Shown piece after piece: positions 13,047 through 25,775 of a DNA stretch of 64,000 bases; position 1 is the stretch's first letter, and every line of letters starts with the position of its first letter. The stretch is taken from contig LVLI01000388.1 of NCBI GenBank assembly GCA_001687465.1, forward strand, positions 1 through 64,000. The letters run 5' to 3'. Position numbers and translations under genes: made by a program. The notes beneath the pieces are model-generated. The model had not been told where the DNA came from. It was given only the letters and a program-made list of their open reading frames with translations, and ran no database searches. Origin of the DNA: Halocafeteria seosinensis. Its lineage: Eukaryota.

Positions 13047-15079
13047 TGAAAGGGAAACAGAGCTTGATGGCATTGGGCTTGATCTCGCTTCTTGTCCTTG
13101 GAGGATCGGAAGCGCGTAGTAAACGGGATCGACCGCCTAAATGGCCCAAAGACGTCGATACCGTCACAGTTCGCTTGTGCTGTACGTGTACTTGCACAGT
13201 ATCTTTTGCAGGAGTATGGTCTCGACCTTTTCTTGGCTGCAGACGGTAAACGGCGAGCGAACCTCACACTTCCAGACTATCCACCCGAAACTAAGTCAGT
13301 GAATGTTACTGACAAAGCTTTGGATATTATGGGGTAAGTGGTTTAATCCGATTCCTCGTAGCTACGAATAGCCTTCTCTGCAATGGTTGAGAATTTTGCA
13401 GTTGGTATAGACTGGTGAACATTGAATCACGTAAGCTCTCACTGTGGTGCGACAGATTCCTGTCGACTGTGTCCATCACCTGTCTTGTTTGGCGCAGTAC
13501 GAGCACTAGAACAATTATTTAATCTAGAGGAATACAGATGGAAACCAAAATGGTATGATAGACTGACAGTGGAAGATGAGGGTCTCCTCGGAACCGCTGA
13601 CTATCACTTTGATCTGCTCGATGATGACAATTTAGCATGGGTACGTGCTTTGGTAGCATTGCAGACGTTGGTCTCGTCTATTTTCGAATCTCCTTGGGTG
13701 CTAACAGATTGCAAATAGAATATGCAAAACGATTATGCCTCCCACGGCAGACTGTAGTGCAATAGTCCAGGACATTCTACAAAAAGAAAGGCGTATTTAT
13801 GACGGCTTGGAAAATGAAGGACCTCTGGCATTCGTTCCTAAGGCACACTATAGTCAGAGGCGCCGACCCTCCAGCGTTTTGCTGTCAGAAAGGTTCACCA
13901 CCTCCTATTATTACAGGCCGCGCTATATGCAACAGTTGCATCAGTTATATTACTTGAACGACTCCTCTAAAGTAAATCATGTCAGCGCATTGCATAAGAA
14001 GTGGCAGAGTTCAAAGAAAACCGTTCAAGAAGACGACGTGTCGCGTCTTAGAAGAGCCTGCGGTGAGCACGGAAAGAGTACACTGAGCAGCAAGACTTTC
14101 GACGGGAAAACCATCGCCCTCTATCGCGTACATAATGTATCTGAAATGAACGTATCAATCGAGAATGAAGTAGAATTGTTACAGTCTAGCGGTTGGCAAG
14201 TCTTTCGAAGGGAGTTTTTGTTTGCTGAGTCAACAACTCTTGACGATGAGCAAGAAGCAGAGTCATATGCAACGCATGTTGTAGCCAAGAGCATACGAGC
14301 GCTCTATGAGCAAGTACGTGGTGCACTGAAAGAAGATGTACAAAATCGGCGAGCCGACTACTTTCTCGTATGGGACGACGCCTATAATTTTACCCATAAG
14401 GTTATCAATAATCTAGTGCACGTTTCGGACCAACTACCAGATGATGTAATTGCTGGGAATATGGCGTTCGAAAAATTCTGCTTTGACTGGAGCGAAGAAG
14501 GGTTTCCTGAACTTCTAGATAAGCTCCAACCTGAAGAAATGTACACTGTGGCAGGAGGATTTTGCTGCCGGCATCTACTCGATGGAAAACTCGATTATAA
14601 TGGGATGTACCAGATTCATCACAGTAGCAACGAAACATTTATCGCTCCGCAACATGCATACTCCGGAGGTAAGAGTTCCCCGTACCCTGTCTTCGTATGC
14701 AAGTGTTGTCATCTGTTTCGCGTTCTATCGAGCAGGGTTTTTGGCATCGCGGGAAAAACTAGAGCAGTCCCTCGACGTCTGCTTAGTGGAGTATCCTATT
14801 CCTCACTGGTACTACTCTGAATATCAGTCCCTGTTCGCCGATATATATTACCGTTGCAACTGGATGAAAGTTGTACCCCTCCATTGCATGGAGCATTTTA
14901 TGGTCGATCACCCATCCCGAAGCTTCATCGATAAAGTCGGGCTCGGCCATTCCAGCTCTGTTTATCTGAGCGATATTGTTCTCCGCCATTTTGCCATGGA
15001 TTGCGAAACTAAGAGTGTCATTGACATGCACGACGTTGACGTCGAGGTCGATGGTGATTCTATAGCAGATATTGACTGA
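13047..15079 (+). CDS. Secreted/luminal hypothetical protein, possible glycosyltransferase-like C-terminus
   Basis: Signal-like MKGKQSLMALGLISLLVLGGSEA; successive plus ORFs separated by GT-AG introns; FLVWDDAY and AGFLASREKL weakly recall PLOD-type glycosyltransferase domains. Confidence 0.5.
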
Positions 15080-15208
15080 AAACGCCTGAGTTCGTCATGG
15101 GGTTCAGGTTTACTTACCTCACTGGTAAAGTGTCTGGCTTATTTTTGTCGTGTGTTTCCATTTTGAGGCGGAACGACCTAGACTAACTTGTGCTTACAAA
15201 TGACCATG

Positions 15209-15736
15209 CTAAGCAGTGTCTCTGGATCTAATTTGGAAAGGGTTTGAACAGACGGTCTCAACATTTCCTAAGTTAAAGAGAAATTGGAAAGGGAAGTTGG
15301 CATGCTCGTCGCTTGTTGGCAAGGTATGTTCACTCCGAGGCGAGTAACCGCTCCAAGGGATTTGTACAACTAACTGTTTGCCCACTGTTCCATCTTCTCG
15401 CTCCACCTGCTCAACTGCGCAAGCTTTTACTAATGGCTGGATAATTTTAACTTCTTCCGTCTCATTGTCAAAGTATTCGACGCTGTCTCTTTTCAAATGC
15501 CTCTGTAGCTGTACATGCACTAAGTCTTCCGGACATGCACATTCAGAGAATACGCTCTGGCAACGTTCTGAGAGAACCAATCGCACTTCCAGGGAGTCCG
15601 ATACTGACCCATCGCTCAGAACATCCTCCCTGTACAAAACCTCAGGTAAAGAAAGGCAATATGAAGACCCCGAGGATTCGCCCCTCATTTGAATTTCCGA
15701 GGGTGTCAAGCCGGTGTCTCGTCCACTTCGGAACAT
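15209..15736 (-). CDS. Hypothetical protein (5' end probably upstream via intron)
   Basis: 175-aa ORF; donor-like site near 15857; ends FQFLFNLGNVETVCSNPFQIRSR. Confidence 0.45.
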   Translation of the reverse strand: MFRSGRDTGLTPSEIQMRGESSGSSYCLSLPEVLYREDVLSDGSVSDSLEVRLVLSERCQSVFSECACPEDLVHVQLQRHLKRDSVEYFDNETEEVKIIQPLVKACAVEQVEREDGTVGKQLVVQIPWSGYSPRSEHTLPTSDEHANFPFQFLFNLGNVETVCSNPFQIRSRDTA

Positions 15737-16539
15737 GATGTACTAGGCAGCAACTCCTGAGGGATCACTATATCCACTGTTTGATGGACTGCTTAACATT
15801 GTCAGCATCGATCACGTTAAGTGAGGGAGAATTTTCAGTTGGTAGAATTATCGCTTACCCCGCGAAGTTTCAGTGTGTCCGTGGTACGTAAACGAGGAAT
15901 CAGGGATTCAGACAAGGACTGAAGTACTTCAGTATGAGACGTGTATGCACTAACACAATTTTAAGGCTTTGCCTACAGACTCTTCCTAAACTCGACAATA
16001 CTGGCTAACGCGTCTCAGTGACTCGTCCTTTTTCCGTCCAAATGTTGCGGCTTCACAAAACGTAGTTGTGATAATTCTTTGCGAAGGGATCTTCACGATA
16101 AGGCTCATAACGATGGGAAAGCAAATTTTGCACTCCTCTATTCTATCTAATGATAACGTACATGCTCCAGTCTACCTAATAATGGCATTGGTCTCGTGAA
16201 AATGGCGCCCTCCGAAGGAAAATGCTACCAATTGCCTGTTAGCAGGCACCTAGCCGCTAGCGTCCTCGTGGCGAGTGCCGACGGTGCAAAGCCCAGTGCG
16301 CAAAATTGATGTACGAAGAGAAAGCAATGCTATACATTGCATGGTGTAGCTTAGGAGTGCAATATGGCTTCGTAACAGTTCTGCGAATGCCATAATGGAA
16401 TACCCTGTGGGTCGAACTTCACAAGACGTGGAGTCTGGTACTCACCCAGTCAGTCAGCTGAATCCAAATCAGAACTTCTCAGAAGGGTTTACTAGCCGAA
16501 TTGGCAGTCCTACTCTCGTAGGATAGTGGACGTGAGTAG

Positions 16540-16787
16540 TCTGTGGTCCAAATTATGGAAGCAGAGTTGGCAGGAGTACTACCCTACACGCTAGTGACGT
16601 GTTCCATTATTCCACCACTGGGTACTTCTACTTATTCGGATATAATCCTATGAACGCATCCGTTTCCTTATCGTATCAGCAAGCAGGGACAGTCCAGTTT
16701 GGGTCAGAAATTAAGCCAGCTAGAGCTCATTCGCCGTGAATTCTTCCAAGGAATGTTCGTCGCAACCAGTACAGCAAGTACTGGTAG
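16540..16787 (+). pseudogene. Decayed tandem paralog of the 17602-18105 secreted protein gene
   Basis: Translates ASDVFHYSTTGYFYLFGYNPMNASVSLSYQQAGTVQFGSEIKPARAHSP*ILPRNVRRN against paralog ASDIFHCPTSGYFYLFGYNPMNTSVDLLYQQTGIVQSGSEIKPAKAYSPWTIPQNLRRN; TGA at 16737 replaces TGG; upstream frame broken. Confidence 0.85.
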
Positions 16788-17601
16788 CAACCAGCATTCG
16801 ATCCTCATTGCGAAACAAGAATTCTACCTATGGCATTGACATCCTTGATCTTCAAGTGATATCTTTGATCTCCCAAGTGCTGTGATCGCTCTTCCCCTGC
16901 TTCATACCCGGTACATGGTTAAATTACTGAAGTCAAAAGTAGCCGCAAACAAGCTTAGGCTGTTTGCAAGTCCGGTGTGCTTGGGTGTTCACTAATGCAC
17001 TTCCAAGTTTTTGTTTAAGACACTCTTCCTAAGCTCTGCAATACTGCCTAACGTGACTCAGTTACTGGGTAAAAGCGCCAACTTTTGGATGTTGTGATAA
17101 TTCTTTGCACTATTTGTCTATTCCTATACAGTACGTAGCAATTCGCTTCCAAAGCATCATACATATATTGTAAAACACGGTTTGAAAAAACGCGTTCATA
17201 CTGCAAGTTCCTGGAACCAGTACAATAGTTGGATTTGCACTCAATGATCTGAAAACACGCAGTAAGTGATTCTGTAATAAACCCAACGGCCAAGGAGCAA
17301 ACATGGTCACAGAATAGCGGAAACGCGAAGAGAACAAAAGAGGTGTTTAGGATCGATGCGAGAGGTCGTCAGGACGCACATGTTAGGCGCCGTATGGGGC
17401 ATGCATCGTAAGGTCGAGAGTGTGTGTTTAGGTACACCACAGTTTACGGACAGGAGCGAGGTATTGCTGTGTCCCACCCTTCGCGTAGCTGCTGGTTTCC
17501 TCTCACCGAGGTTGCCAGTTGGCTTCCTTGCAAGTTGCAAGGTACTTTGCTTCAATAAATCTCAGTGTTCATGTGTTTCGTAATTGACGCAGATCAGGAA
17601 G

Positions 17602-18105
17602 ATGGGCCGTCTCGTAACTTATTGTGCTCTGCTCCTAGCAGCATGTACTGGAGCGCTCGGCGACTTCGACTACTGTGGCAGCAGCCAGAACCTACCGTAC
17701 ACGTACACCTTGGGCCCATTTAGTTCCGAGTGGTTGATGTTCTGGTATGCAAAGGGTGACTCGTTCACTCAGAGTTGTTTATTGGTGGCTACTGACACTG
17801 GTTCAGACTCTGGCCACTCTGGCTTGGAACTGTCAATCGGATGCAGCCCCTATTTGAAAGAAGGAGGGCCGTGGACCATCTTAAAGAAGTTGGATTATTA
17901 TGCCACTAAAAACGCTAGCGACATATTCCACTGCCCCACCAGTGGATACTTCTACTTATTCGGATATAATCCTATGAACACTTCCGTTGACCTGTTGTAC
18001 CAGCAAACTGGGATAGTCCAGTCTGGCTCAGAAATTAAACCAGCCAAGGCCTACTCACCATGGACTATCCCGCAAAATCTTCGTCGCAACAAGCACGCCA
18101 ACTAA
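17602..18105 (+). CDS. Small secreted protein of unknown function
   Basis: Signal peptide MGRLVTYCALLLAACTGALG; intronless; amino-acid conservation with the decayed paralog supports coding status. Confidence 0.75.
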   Translation: MGRLVTYCALLLAACTGALGDFDYCGSSQNLPYTYTLGPFSSEWLMFWYAKGDSFTQSCLLVATDTGSDSGHSGLELSIGCSPYLKEGGPWTILKKLDYYATKNASDIFHCPTSGYFYLFGYNPMNTSVDLLYQQTGIVQSGSEIKPAKAYSPWTIPQNLRRNKHAN

Positions 18106-18439
18106 CCAACCAGCATTCGACACTCATTGCCAAGTTCAATACGAACGGCAATACTACCGATAGAGTGGACAATTCGACAAACCCAACTTTATGTAACTGT
18201 CCGCCAGCTGCTATGGACTGCTTAATATAAACCGTATGTTATGGTGCTCATCACTTCTAGTTCGCTTCCGTTGCATATTTGGATTATCCACAAAAGGAGA
18301 AACCAGTTAGGTTAGCATTGGCGAAAAATCGCCACTTCGAATTCCTCATGATGGCCTCATTTGTTTAGTCGGGGTCTATTAGCCAAGTTTAAAGTGTTCG
18401 GGCGCGTATACAAATCATTTTGGAAGGGCGTCTTTTAAG

Positions 18440-18970
18440 GACGGGAGATGTTTATAGAAAAGTAACTTCCTTATCGTTACAGGTGTATCTCGCAATGAGA
18501 GTGTCTTCTAAATCGTCCTTCGTAGGCTTGGAGTCAAACTCACCAGCATAAACAGTGGTTACCAGCTGAGCTGGCTCATCCCAGTGACCAACAACACTCA
18601 TTAGATTGAGACTGCTATGAGGTATACCTTTATGTTCTTCCTTTGTAGAGTTCTTGAGTTGTTTGCGGTATTCATATACTTATACTAAAGCATCAAGTGC
18701 CTCGTCATCAAACTCTGCCTTCATCTCTTGGTAGTGCTTACTGTAGTTCTTACATTATATTATCAATCCCATCTTCTTTAGAAGCACAAGACATATATTC
18801 ATGTACCCATATCCTTGGCGAGGACTCGAAGTGCGCTCTTGGTTTTGCAATTCAAAATTATCGTCGATAAAACTTGTCGATATTACCCTAAGGAGACGAG
18901 CTTGTACGGCGTATTCCCGCATATCATCTTGCAAATACTTGCATACAGTCGTACTAATAATACAGAGCAT
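18440..18970 (-). pseudogene. Decayed coding remnant, family unknown
   Basis: One minus frame reads protein-like through internal TAA stops: ...KKMGLII*CKNYSKHYQEMKAEFDDEALDALV*VYEYRKQLK...VVGHWDEPAQLVTTVYAGEFDSKP... Confidence 0.35.
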
Positions 18971-19232
18971 TTACTGCAGGTTTGAACTGACTCACTACGC
19001 ATGTCATCAGTTCCATGCGTGCATTCATACCGTGCGTGCATTCAACCTGGGGGGTTCCCTCCCCCCCCCTTCGTCAAATCCGATATTTGCGCAAGCACGG
19101 AAATTGTCCACAAGTCCCATCTCCTGTCTCTCAGAAACTATACAATGCCATTGGATTGTGTTTGTACCGATGTATGCCAAGGTCTGCAACCCATTAGTTA
19201 CACTGTCAGAGAACATTGGTGATTGGTTGGAC

Positions 19233-19400
19233 AAGCGAAACGTAGCGTGATGCATGGTGGTAACATCGACGGTCACGCGCTCGAGTTAAGAGATCCCTGG
19301 GTCTGTTTACTGGTCTAATGAATAGGAATTCAGGTTCCATGAGGCAAATACAGCCTAACACCCATCATGGGGCCCCATGGAACGCCTGACTGGAGCGTGC
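19233..19400 (+). repeat. Degenerate direct copy of 21188-21360 (upstream region and first codons of the phosphatase gene)
   Basis: aatgaataggaattcaggttccatgaggcaaatacagccta vs aatgaatgggaattcgggttccacgaggcaaatacagccta; shared aagcgaaa, acggtcacg, ctggagcgtgc. Confidence 0.85.
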
Positions 19401-19619
19401 AGTGGCATTGCACTCACTGTGTACTCTTCCCACGACACACACCCGATTGGGGAAATCCTTCTAGTCATGGGGTGCCACTGGCACCGTACAACATCAGGAG
19501 TGGGTTTATCACAACGATCAAGGATGTCGAACCTACGTGAAACACACACACACATATGTGACAGATAGCCCACCGGCCGGGGAGTTGACCGCATCCTCTT
19601 AGCGGGGAGCGGTATGTGC

Positions 19620-19900
19620 CCGCGTGAAAGCTATGTGGTCGAGTGTGGAAGATCTCTCTTCGGCGCCTTGCGGTCCTTTCTGTAGCCCACGGTCCGCAAC
19701 CAAAAAACTTGTCAACCTTTTTCCTCGTATACTGTACTTGCAAGTCAGGGAACGCGGCATATTGTGTCATCATTTATTCCTGTGTACACAGGAAAGACAA
19801 GTTCGACGAACTGCTCAAGAGGTCTTCCAGCAGTATACTCGACGCCCTCCATTCATAAGCATGTTAAGTAGGATGAACATGAAGATAGTGATGACAAAGT
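19620..19900 (+). mobile_element. Probable Mutator-like (MULE) transposase remnant with frameshifted SWIM finger
   Basis: YCTCK in one frame then RERGILCHHLF in another at about 19730-19780, the CxC...GILCxH pattern of MULE/FAR1 SWIM fingers. Confidence 0.45.
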
Positions 19901-20758
19901 TTCGTTAAGCAAAGGAGAGCCTTGTGGATGTCGTATAGACTAGTTTCTTCGAAAAATTCACACATGCTACTTTCCGAAGGATATACCAGACCGAACCCTT
20001 TCAGCTTAGCTCTGTTTTGTAAAATTTCCATGTCTGTCCACTTACGCTAAGTACTTCACGACGAACTGTATAATGAGTGGTAGTGAGAGGACTGAAACTG
20101 CATGAAACAAGGATAACTTCAGTAGCATTGCGAATTCCACTCGACCACCAAGGTACAGTAATGACGAAAATGTGACCGATGACCCACCAGCAGCGGTAAG
20201 TCAAGTATCAGTGCCGGTTAAGTGCTGAAACGTATTCATTATCATAAGGTGTTGCTTTATTATACGTGTATAGCCTCTCCACCTGATGTATGAAGTTGGT
20301 CGTTTACAGTTTTAGTCTGCTACACCAAAGCCAGAGGGAGGTTTGTGCCGGTACCGCATTTCCCTATCGTGTAGTTCGTTTCTTGATGCATCTTAATTGA
20401 TTGACCCCACAGCTGAGCTAATTTAAGAAGGCTTGGACGAGTAGCATGAGAGGAGATGTAGAGGTGGTTCGGCTTGTACTCCCTTAGGTGATACGCATTG
20501 AGAACTTTTCCGAAGGACAAACTTGCGTTACTTTAGCCATGATGTATGGTGGACTGGTTTCAAATGACCGAACACTGAATAAAGATTCGAAAACACACAA
20601 GGTATCGCAAATTAATGTATTTCAATTAAATGTCTGTTGCATATCATCCCACCCAATTACTATGACAGTACAGCGGTTCAGCAAGTTGTTATCGTTGTAC
20701 TGTAACAACTTTTACAGTAGATTTGCAAACAAAACAGTCACACTTATAGCAAATCTGG

Positions 20759-20904
20759 ATCATACAACAACCTGTACATGTACCAATATGATTGGAACTC
20801 TACAATGTATAAATGTAGCACCAGTTGTAAGAAGAGTCCTGGTGCTACATTTATACATTGTAGAGTTCCAATCATATTGGTACATGTACAGGTTGTTGTA
20901 TGAT
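20759..20904. repeat. Perfect inverted repeat, 66-bp arms, 14-nt loop
   Basis: 20759-20824 is the exact reverse complement of 20839-20904; loop ttgtaagaagagtc. Confidence 0.97.
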
Positions 20905-21268
20905 TGTTTGTGGTCGAAGAGATACAGCTGGTGCAACTGACTAATATAACTCAAAAGAAACAATTCTCAATGAACGTAAACACGTATGTATCAGTTTCCC
21001 AATTTACTGCCTTTACAACTTGTAATCTACAAGTACTGTATCTTCCATCCGGGCTTTGGGCCCGGAACCCCGTTAGCGCGCGTTATCTGCTTTACAACGC
21101 CATTCGGTTCCGTTTTTGTAGATGCATGGCGAGGTGTGCAATCCATTCTCTTTACAGATAGTTGCCGTCAGAGGACACTGGCGAGATAAGCGAAAGGGAG
21201 CGTGATAACCCTGGGATCCACGGTCACGTCCTAGCGTCTAGAGCTACCTCTGGCTGTTTAGTGGTATA

Positions 21269-24200
21269 ATGAATGGGAATTCGGGTTCCACGAGGCAAAT
21301 ACAGCCTACACACCATGTGTCCGGTGATCCTTCAACGAATTCCTTCTGGCTGGAGCGTGCCAACCTCATGCGAGCCTTCCCACCGCCCTTGCCGCATCGG
21401 GGGGAATCGCTCCAAGGACCTGGATTTTCCAACTGGATCATACAGAACCACGCATTAGTAGGTAGGTGCTGAAATGAGTTTCCACGAGTTTTGCCTTTTT
21501 TCAAACGAGACTGGTGCGATCGTTTGAAAAAAATTAATGATGCCACACTGCGGTCTCTTTATGTGCAGGTCAAAACCCAGCCGTTGGTGGAAATTGTCAG
21601 ACCTTCGTTACCAATTTAGACAAGCTGTTTTCCGCCGGCGTCACTACGATAGTCTGTCTCCAATATGAAATGAGTATATCCCACGATGTTTCCAAAGCTC
21701 TTGTAAAGACAACCGAGGCGGCATTAGCCCAGCAAGTGTCGAGGAGTAGCGGAGAGCTCCAGGCAGTAGTCAATGTCCAGCCGTACTTTGATCGAGCTGA
21801 AGTGATGGTTCAAACTGGAAGATACCCCCAGTTTGATAAAAATTACAGATTCCAAGTTCTGCATTTTCCTATGATGCCTAATGAACTCGGTATTTCCAGT
21901 GATAGCGAGGTCATGGAGTGGATTTATGAACTATTGTCTCACATCAGAGCAGGGGAGCTACTCTTTATCCACTGCTCCGACGGGAATGGAAGGACCGGAA
22001 TCATAGCCGCCATTTTACTGGGATGTATTTATGATATGTCATCTGCGGAAGCATTGGACGCTGTCCAGCGCAGTCGCGATTGTCGCCATGGAGCGAAAGG
22101 CATCAGTCCCGAACTCCATGACCAAAAGCTACAGGTACACCGGATACTTAGCAATCGGGAGTTCAGGAGAAAAGCGGCCGCAGTACAGCCACAGGACACA
22201 AAGCTTAAGATCCTGGGTTCATATGACGGCGCAAGCACTGCTATCACGAGACTGAGGCACCAGCTTTCGCAGAAAGGGGTTGCCAGTTTTCTCATCCTTC
22301 AGAGGCTACTGAAGGCTGAAGAGTTGGATGAATCGAAGCGCCTACTTACGAAGAATGTCCTATCATCGGGATTGGCCGATTTTGGATTTTATATTTCTGG
22401 AGAAGAGTTTAACTCCTTATGGGAAAAATTGTCGACCACCAAAGAGAATCAGCGATATGTGGACTCCCGCTCTCTGTGCAATGAGATCAGGAAACCCTTG
22501 AATAATACACGTACTGATGCTGTCAAAGCGGCGTTCCAGCTTATGGATGTGGATATGGACGGATTTGTGGATCTAAGCGATATAGCCAACATCTTTGATG
22601 CTTCAGGACATCCAGATGTGCGAAGCAACCGCAGGAGTGAACAACAAGTCCTCGCAGAATTTCTCGATACCTTTCCGGGAGCAAGGTCCTCCCTAACGAC
22701 AGTATCTGGAAGTAAGGGATTGCGACTTGCGAGTAACGTCTCGTTCTCCAGACATGTAGATTATCGGAGTTTTTGTGACTACTACACGGACCTCTCGACT
22801 GCTATCGAAGACGATAACTATTTCACGATGATGCTCTGGAATTGTTGGCCAGTTAGGGGTAGAAAAAGTCATCCGGATGAGTCCCTGTTGCGTGCACGGA
22901 TTTTAACCCAGGCCCGGGCTCAAGTAAAGTACGATGAAGAAACAACCGCAGAAAGCTTAATTAATGCCATCAAGGCTTTATTGGTGGAACAGGATCCATT
23001 GCTCGCACCAGGATACATTGCGGAGCTAGAACGGCTGGATGGCGACGGAGATGGACACGTCACACCATTTGAGTTTGTTCGCGCTACCCGAAACTGTGGT
23101 ATCCGTGAAGATAAGTATTCTGAAGGTGCATTGATGCGGCTCTTCCAAAAACTACTCCAAGAGGGCAAAGATCACACCGCTTCACAAACTCTCTCGCTGG
23201 AGAAAGTACGGGATGCCATCAAGCGGCCACTAAATGAAAGCAGGCGTCGATGTGTCATTGCAGCATTCGAGATGCTTTTATCCCAAACCAATGGTGCCGG
23301 TTTGAGCTCGTATTCCTCCAGGAATCTTATTCCTCTGGAAGTCATTATGGGAGAATTTCAAACTAGTGGTCATCCCGACGTTGTATCGCAGCACAAAGCG
23401 GAACAGTTCGTCCGTGATATATTTGTACGCTCTATTAAAGCTCCATCGATCGGAAATGTCATCAATTTCCCTAAGTTTCAATTATTTCATGAATTAATCT
23501 CAGGATGCCTGTCAGACGACGCTTACTTCTGCTCGTTGATATGGGGTGTGTGGGGAGTTGGCCACTCCACCAGGTACAAAAATGCTTTACAGAACAAGTA
23601 TCAACATGGACGAAGCCCGTCAAGGTCACAAGCGACCTCGGAGCCATCTCACGTTGAGCAGGCTAATTCGAACGCAGAAAATTTCTCATTCGAAAACTTA
23701 GCTACGCAGCAGGAACATGCCAACGACATAGAATCGTATGCTGCAGGAACGCGTGCATCCACCCACTATTGTAGCCGAGGAGGGTATGGGGTTGGTCCGG
23801 CCACGCTAGCAGGCGTTTCGGTTTCTCCAAACCGATCAGACCTCTGTTGGCAACACGAGCACGAGAAATCTCATGAGGCTTTTCTCCAGGGGCAGGAAGT
23901 GACGACTCTCCCCGGGAACCATCCAAGTAGGCCCCCAATGGCCCCTGGTAAAACCGTTAACTCAGCGGAAGACTCGTTCAGTTTCGACTCACTGCAGCGG
24001 AGGCTTCATGAGGAATACGCAGGCCAGCCAAAGGACAGAACAGGGGTAGATGACCCCTTCAGTCCTTACCGTCAAATACGTAGGAACACTGGCTTTAGGG
24101 GGAACCAGAGTAATAAGTATCAAGGAACACCTTGGAATTCCAGTGACCATATGTCGGAACTCTTGAATTCTTCGAAGTCAATTTCTACGATCCCTCCTAA

Positions 24201-25683
24201 TGCAGACCTAGAAAGTATTTTTGAGACGTTATGCACTACCCTGATCAGTCATGAAAGAGGCCGAGGTCTCGTGTCGCTCTTCGCCTTTGACAATTTCATG
24301 CGTCAAAAAGGCGAGATCATGCCGGAGGCACAGTTGAAGATGTGTTTACAGGAATTCGGTGTACCACTACCACCTGGAGTGTTTCAGAAGATTGTCAACG
24401 CATGTGCAGTCACTCGCGGGACACAAGAAGTCCATATCGATACCTTCTTAGATCGGTTATGCTTTAACTGGAGCAGCAATCGAGAACAATTTGTACAACA
24501 ATCCTGGACCAAACTGCAGAAAGCATACGTGCAAACACACACACGAGGGACTACGAGGAGGGAAGATTTGATTGTGCCTGCTGATACGAAAATTCCTTGG
24601 GACTACTTATTATCTTCTCTTGACCCTAAGCATCACCCTGATGTCGTACACGGGACCCGCTCTGAAGAGGAGATTGTCGAGGAATTTAGGCAAACGTTCC
24701 CTAACGGGCTCAGTGGTCGTTCGTCGAATGGTTTAGTCAGTTGGGAAGAATTTAGCTGGTACTGCCGAAGGTTCTCTACGCTGTTTGAAAAGGACGTAGA
24801 CTTTACATTTGTTATCTGGAACTTGTGGCATCTTCAGAATGTTGAGACAGAAGACTGGAGGAATCGAAATGATTCGCAAACAAGCTCTGCCAACAAAGGA
24901 TTAAGAGAACAGTATCGTGGACGGACCAGAACTCCACATACTGGCGAAAATAAAGCAAAAGGCTTGAAGGGATGGGGAGTGGAGACAATCGGTTGGGATA
25001 CCCGGCTGTCAGGGGTAGGGGTGCCACAACAGCACCAACAACATGTTCGTTCTCGGAAAGATATTACGCCAGATCAGGTGGTTAATCGTTTGAGAAACTC
25101 GTTAAGCTCTCATGGCGAATTCGGTGTATTGAAATTGTGGACAGGCTTTCATAGTCGAGATTTCGGATTTTCTACAAACGAGCGCCGACCTATGGGACTA
25201 ATTACCAGACAAGAGTTAAAAACCACAACCGCAGAGTTTAGTCTTGGAATAAGCGACTTCGAACTAGATAAACTGCACAATCAGTTTGGAGGCCCACACG
25301 ACTTTGAACACAATATCTCTCAGCATCTTTTCCAATACATCAATCTAATGACAGCAATCTTAGGCTCAGTATCATCCCGGCGGGAGAACTTGATTCAGCA
25401 GGCCTGGAATAAGATCAGTGGCGGTGCTCCACAATGTCCTATTTCATTGATTTGCCAAAAACTAAGCATGAAGCAGTACCCGCAAGTACTGCGCGGTTCG
25501 CTAACTGAAGGGGCTGCAAGAGAATATGTCCTCCACCCTCTCCGTGCGCTTTCCGGAGCAGCAGATGACTCGGCATCCGTCCCCTTCAGTCTGTTCCGCA
25601 TGATTCACTTGGCGATAAGCTTAAATGCAGCTGATGACGCTTCCTTCCAATGGCTTATGTGGAACATGTACCTGTCGAAATAA
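21269..25683 (+). CDS. Cys-based (PTP/DSP-type) phosphatase fused to four calcyphosine-like EF-hand modules
   Basis: HCSDGNGRTG (CX5R); EF loops DVDMDGFVD and DGDGDGHVT; repeated HPDV...F...W blocks; intron 21462-21568 joins the ATG 21269 exon in frame. Confidence 0.85.
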
Positions 25684-25775
25684 TAGGACAGAAGACGACT
25701 GTAGTACATCCACCGTTTTCCATAAATATTTCTCTGAAAGTGAAAGGATATTGGTATTCCTCGTCAAATTCGGAA

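Noticed and set aside
16737..16739. TGA aligned to Trp, suggesting a variant genetic code
   Set aside because: Other genes here end in TGA (e.g. 11469, 53917) and use TGG for Trp; the copy is also frameshifted, so a pseudogene is simpler
19015..19070. tgcgtgcattca twice followed by G and C runs, a possible transposon end
   Set aside because: No matching inverted terminus found in the window
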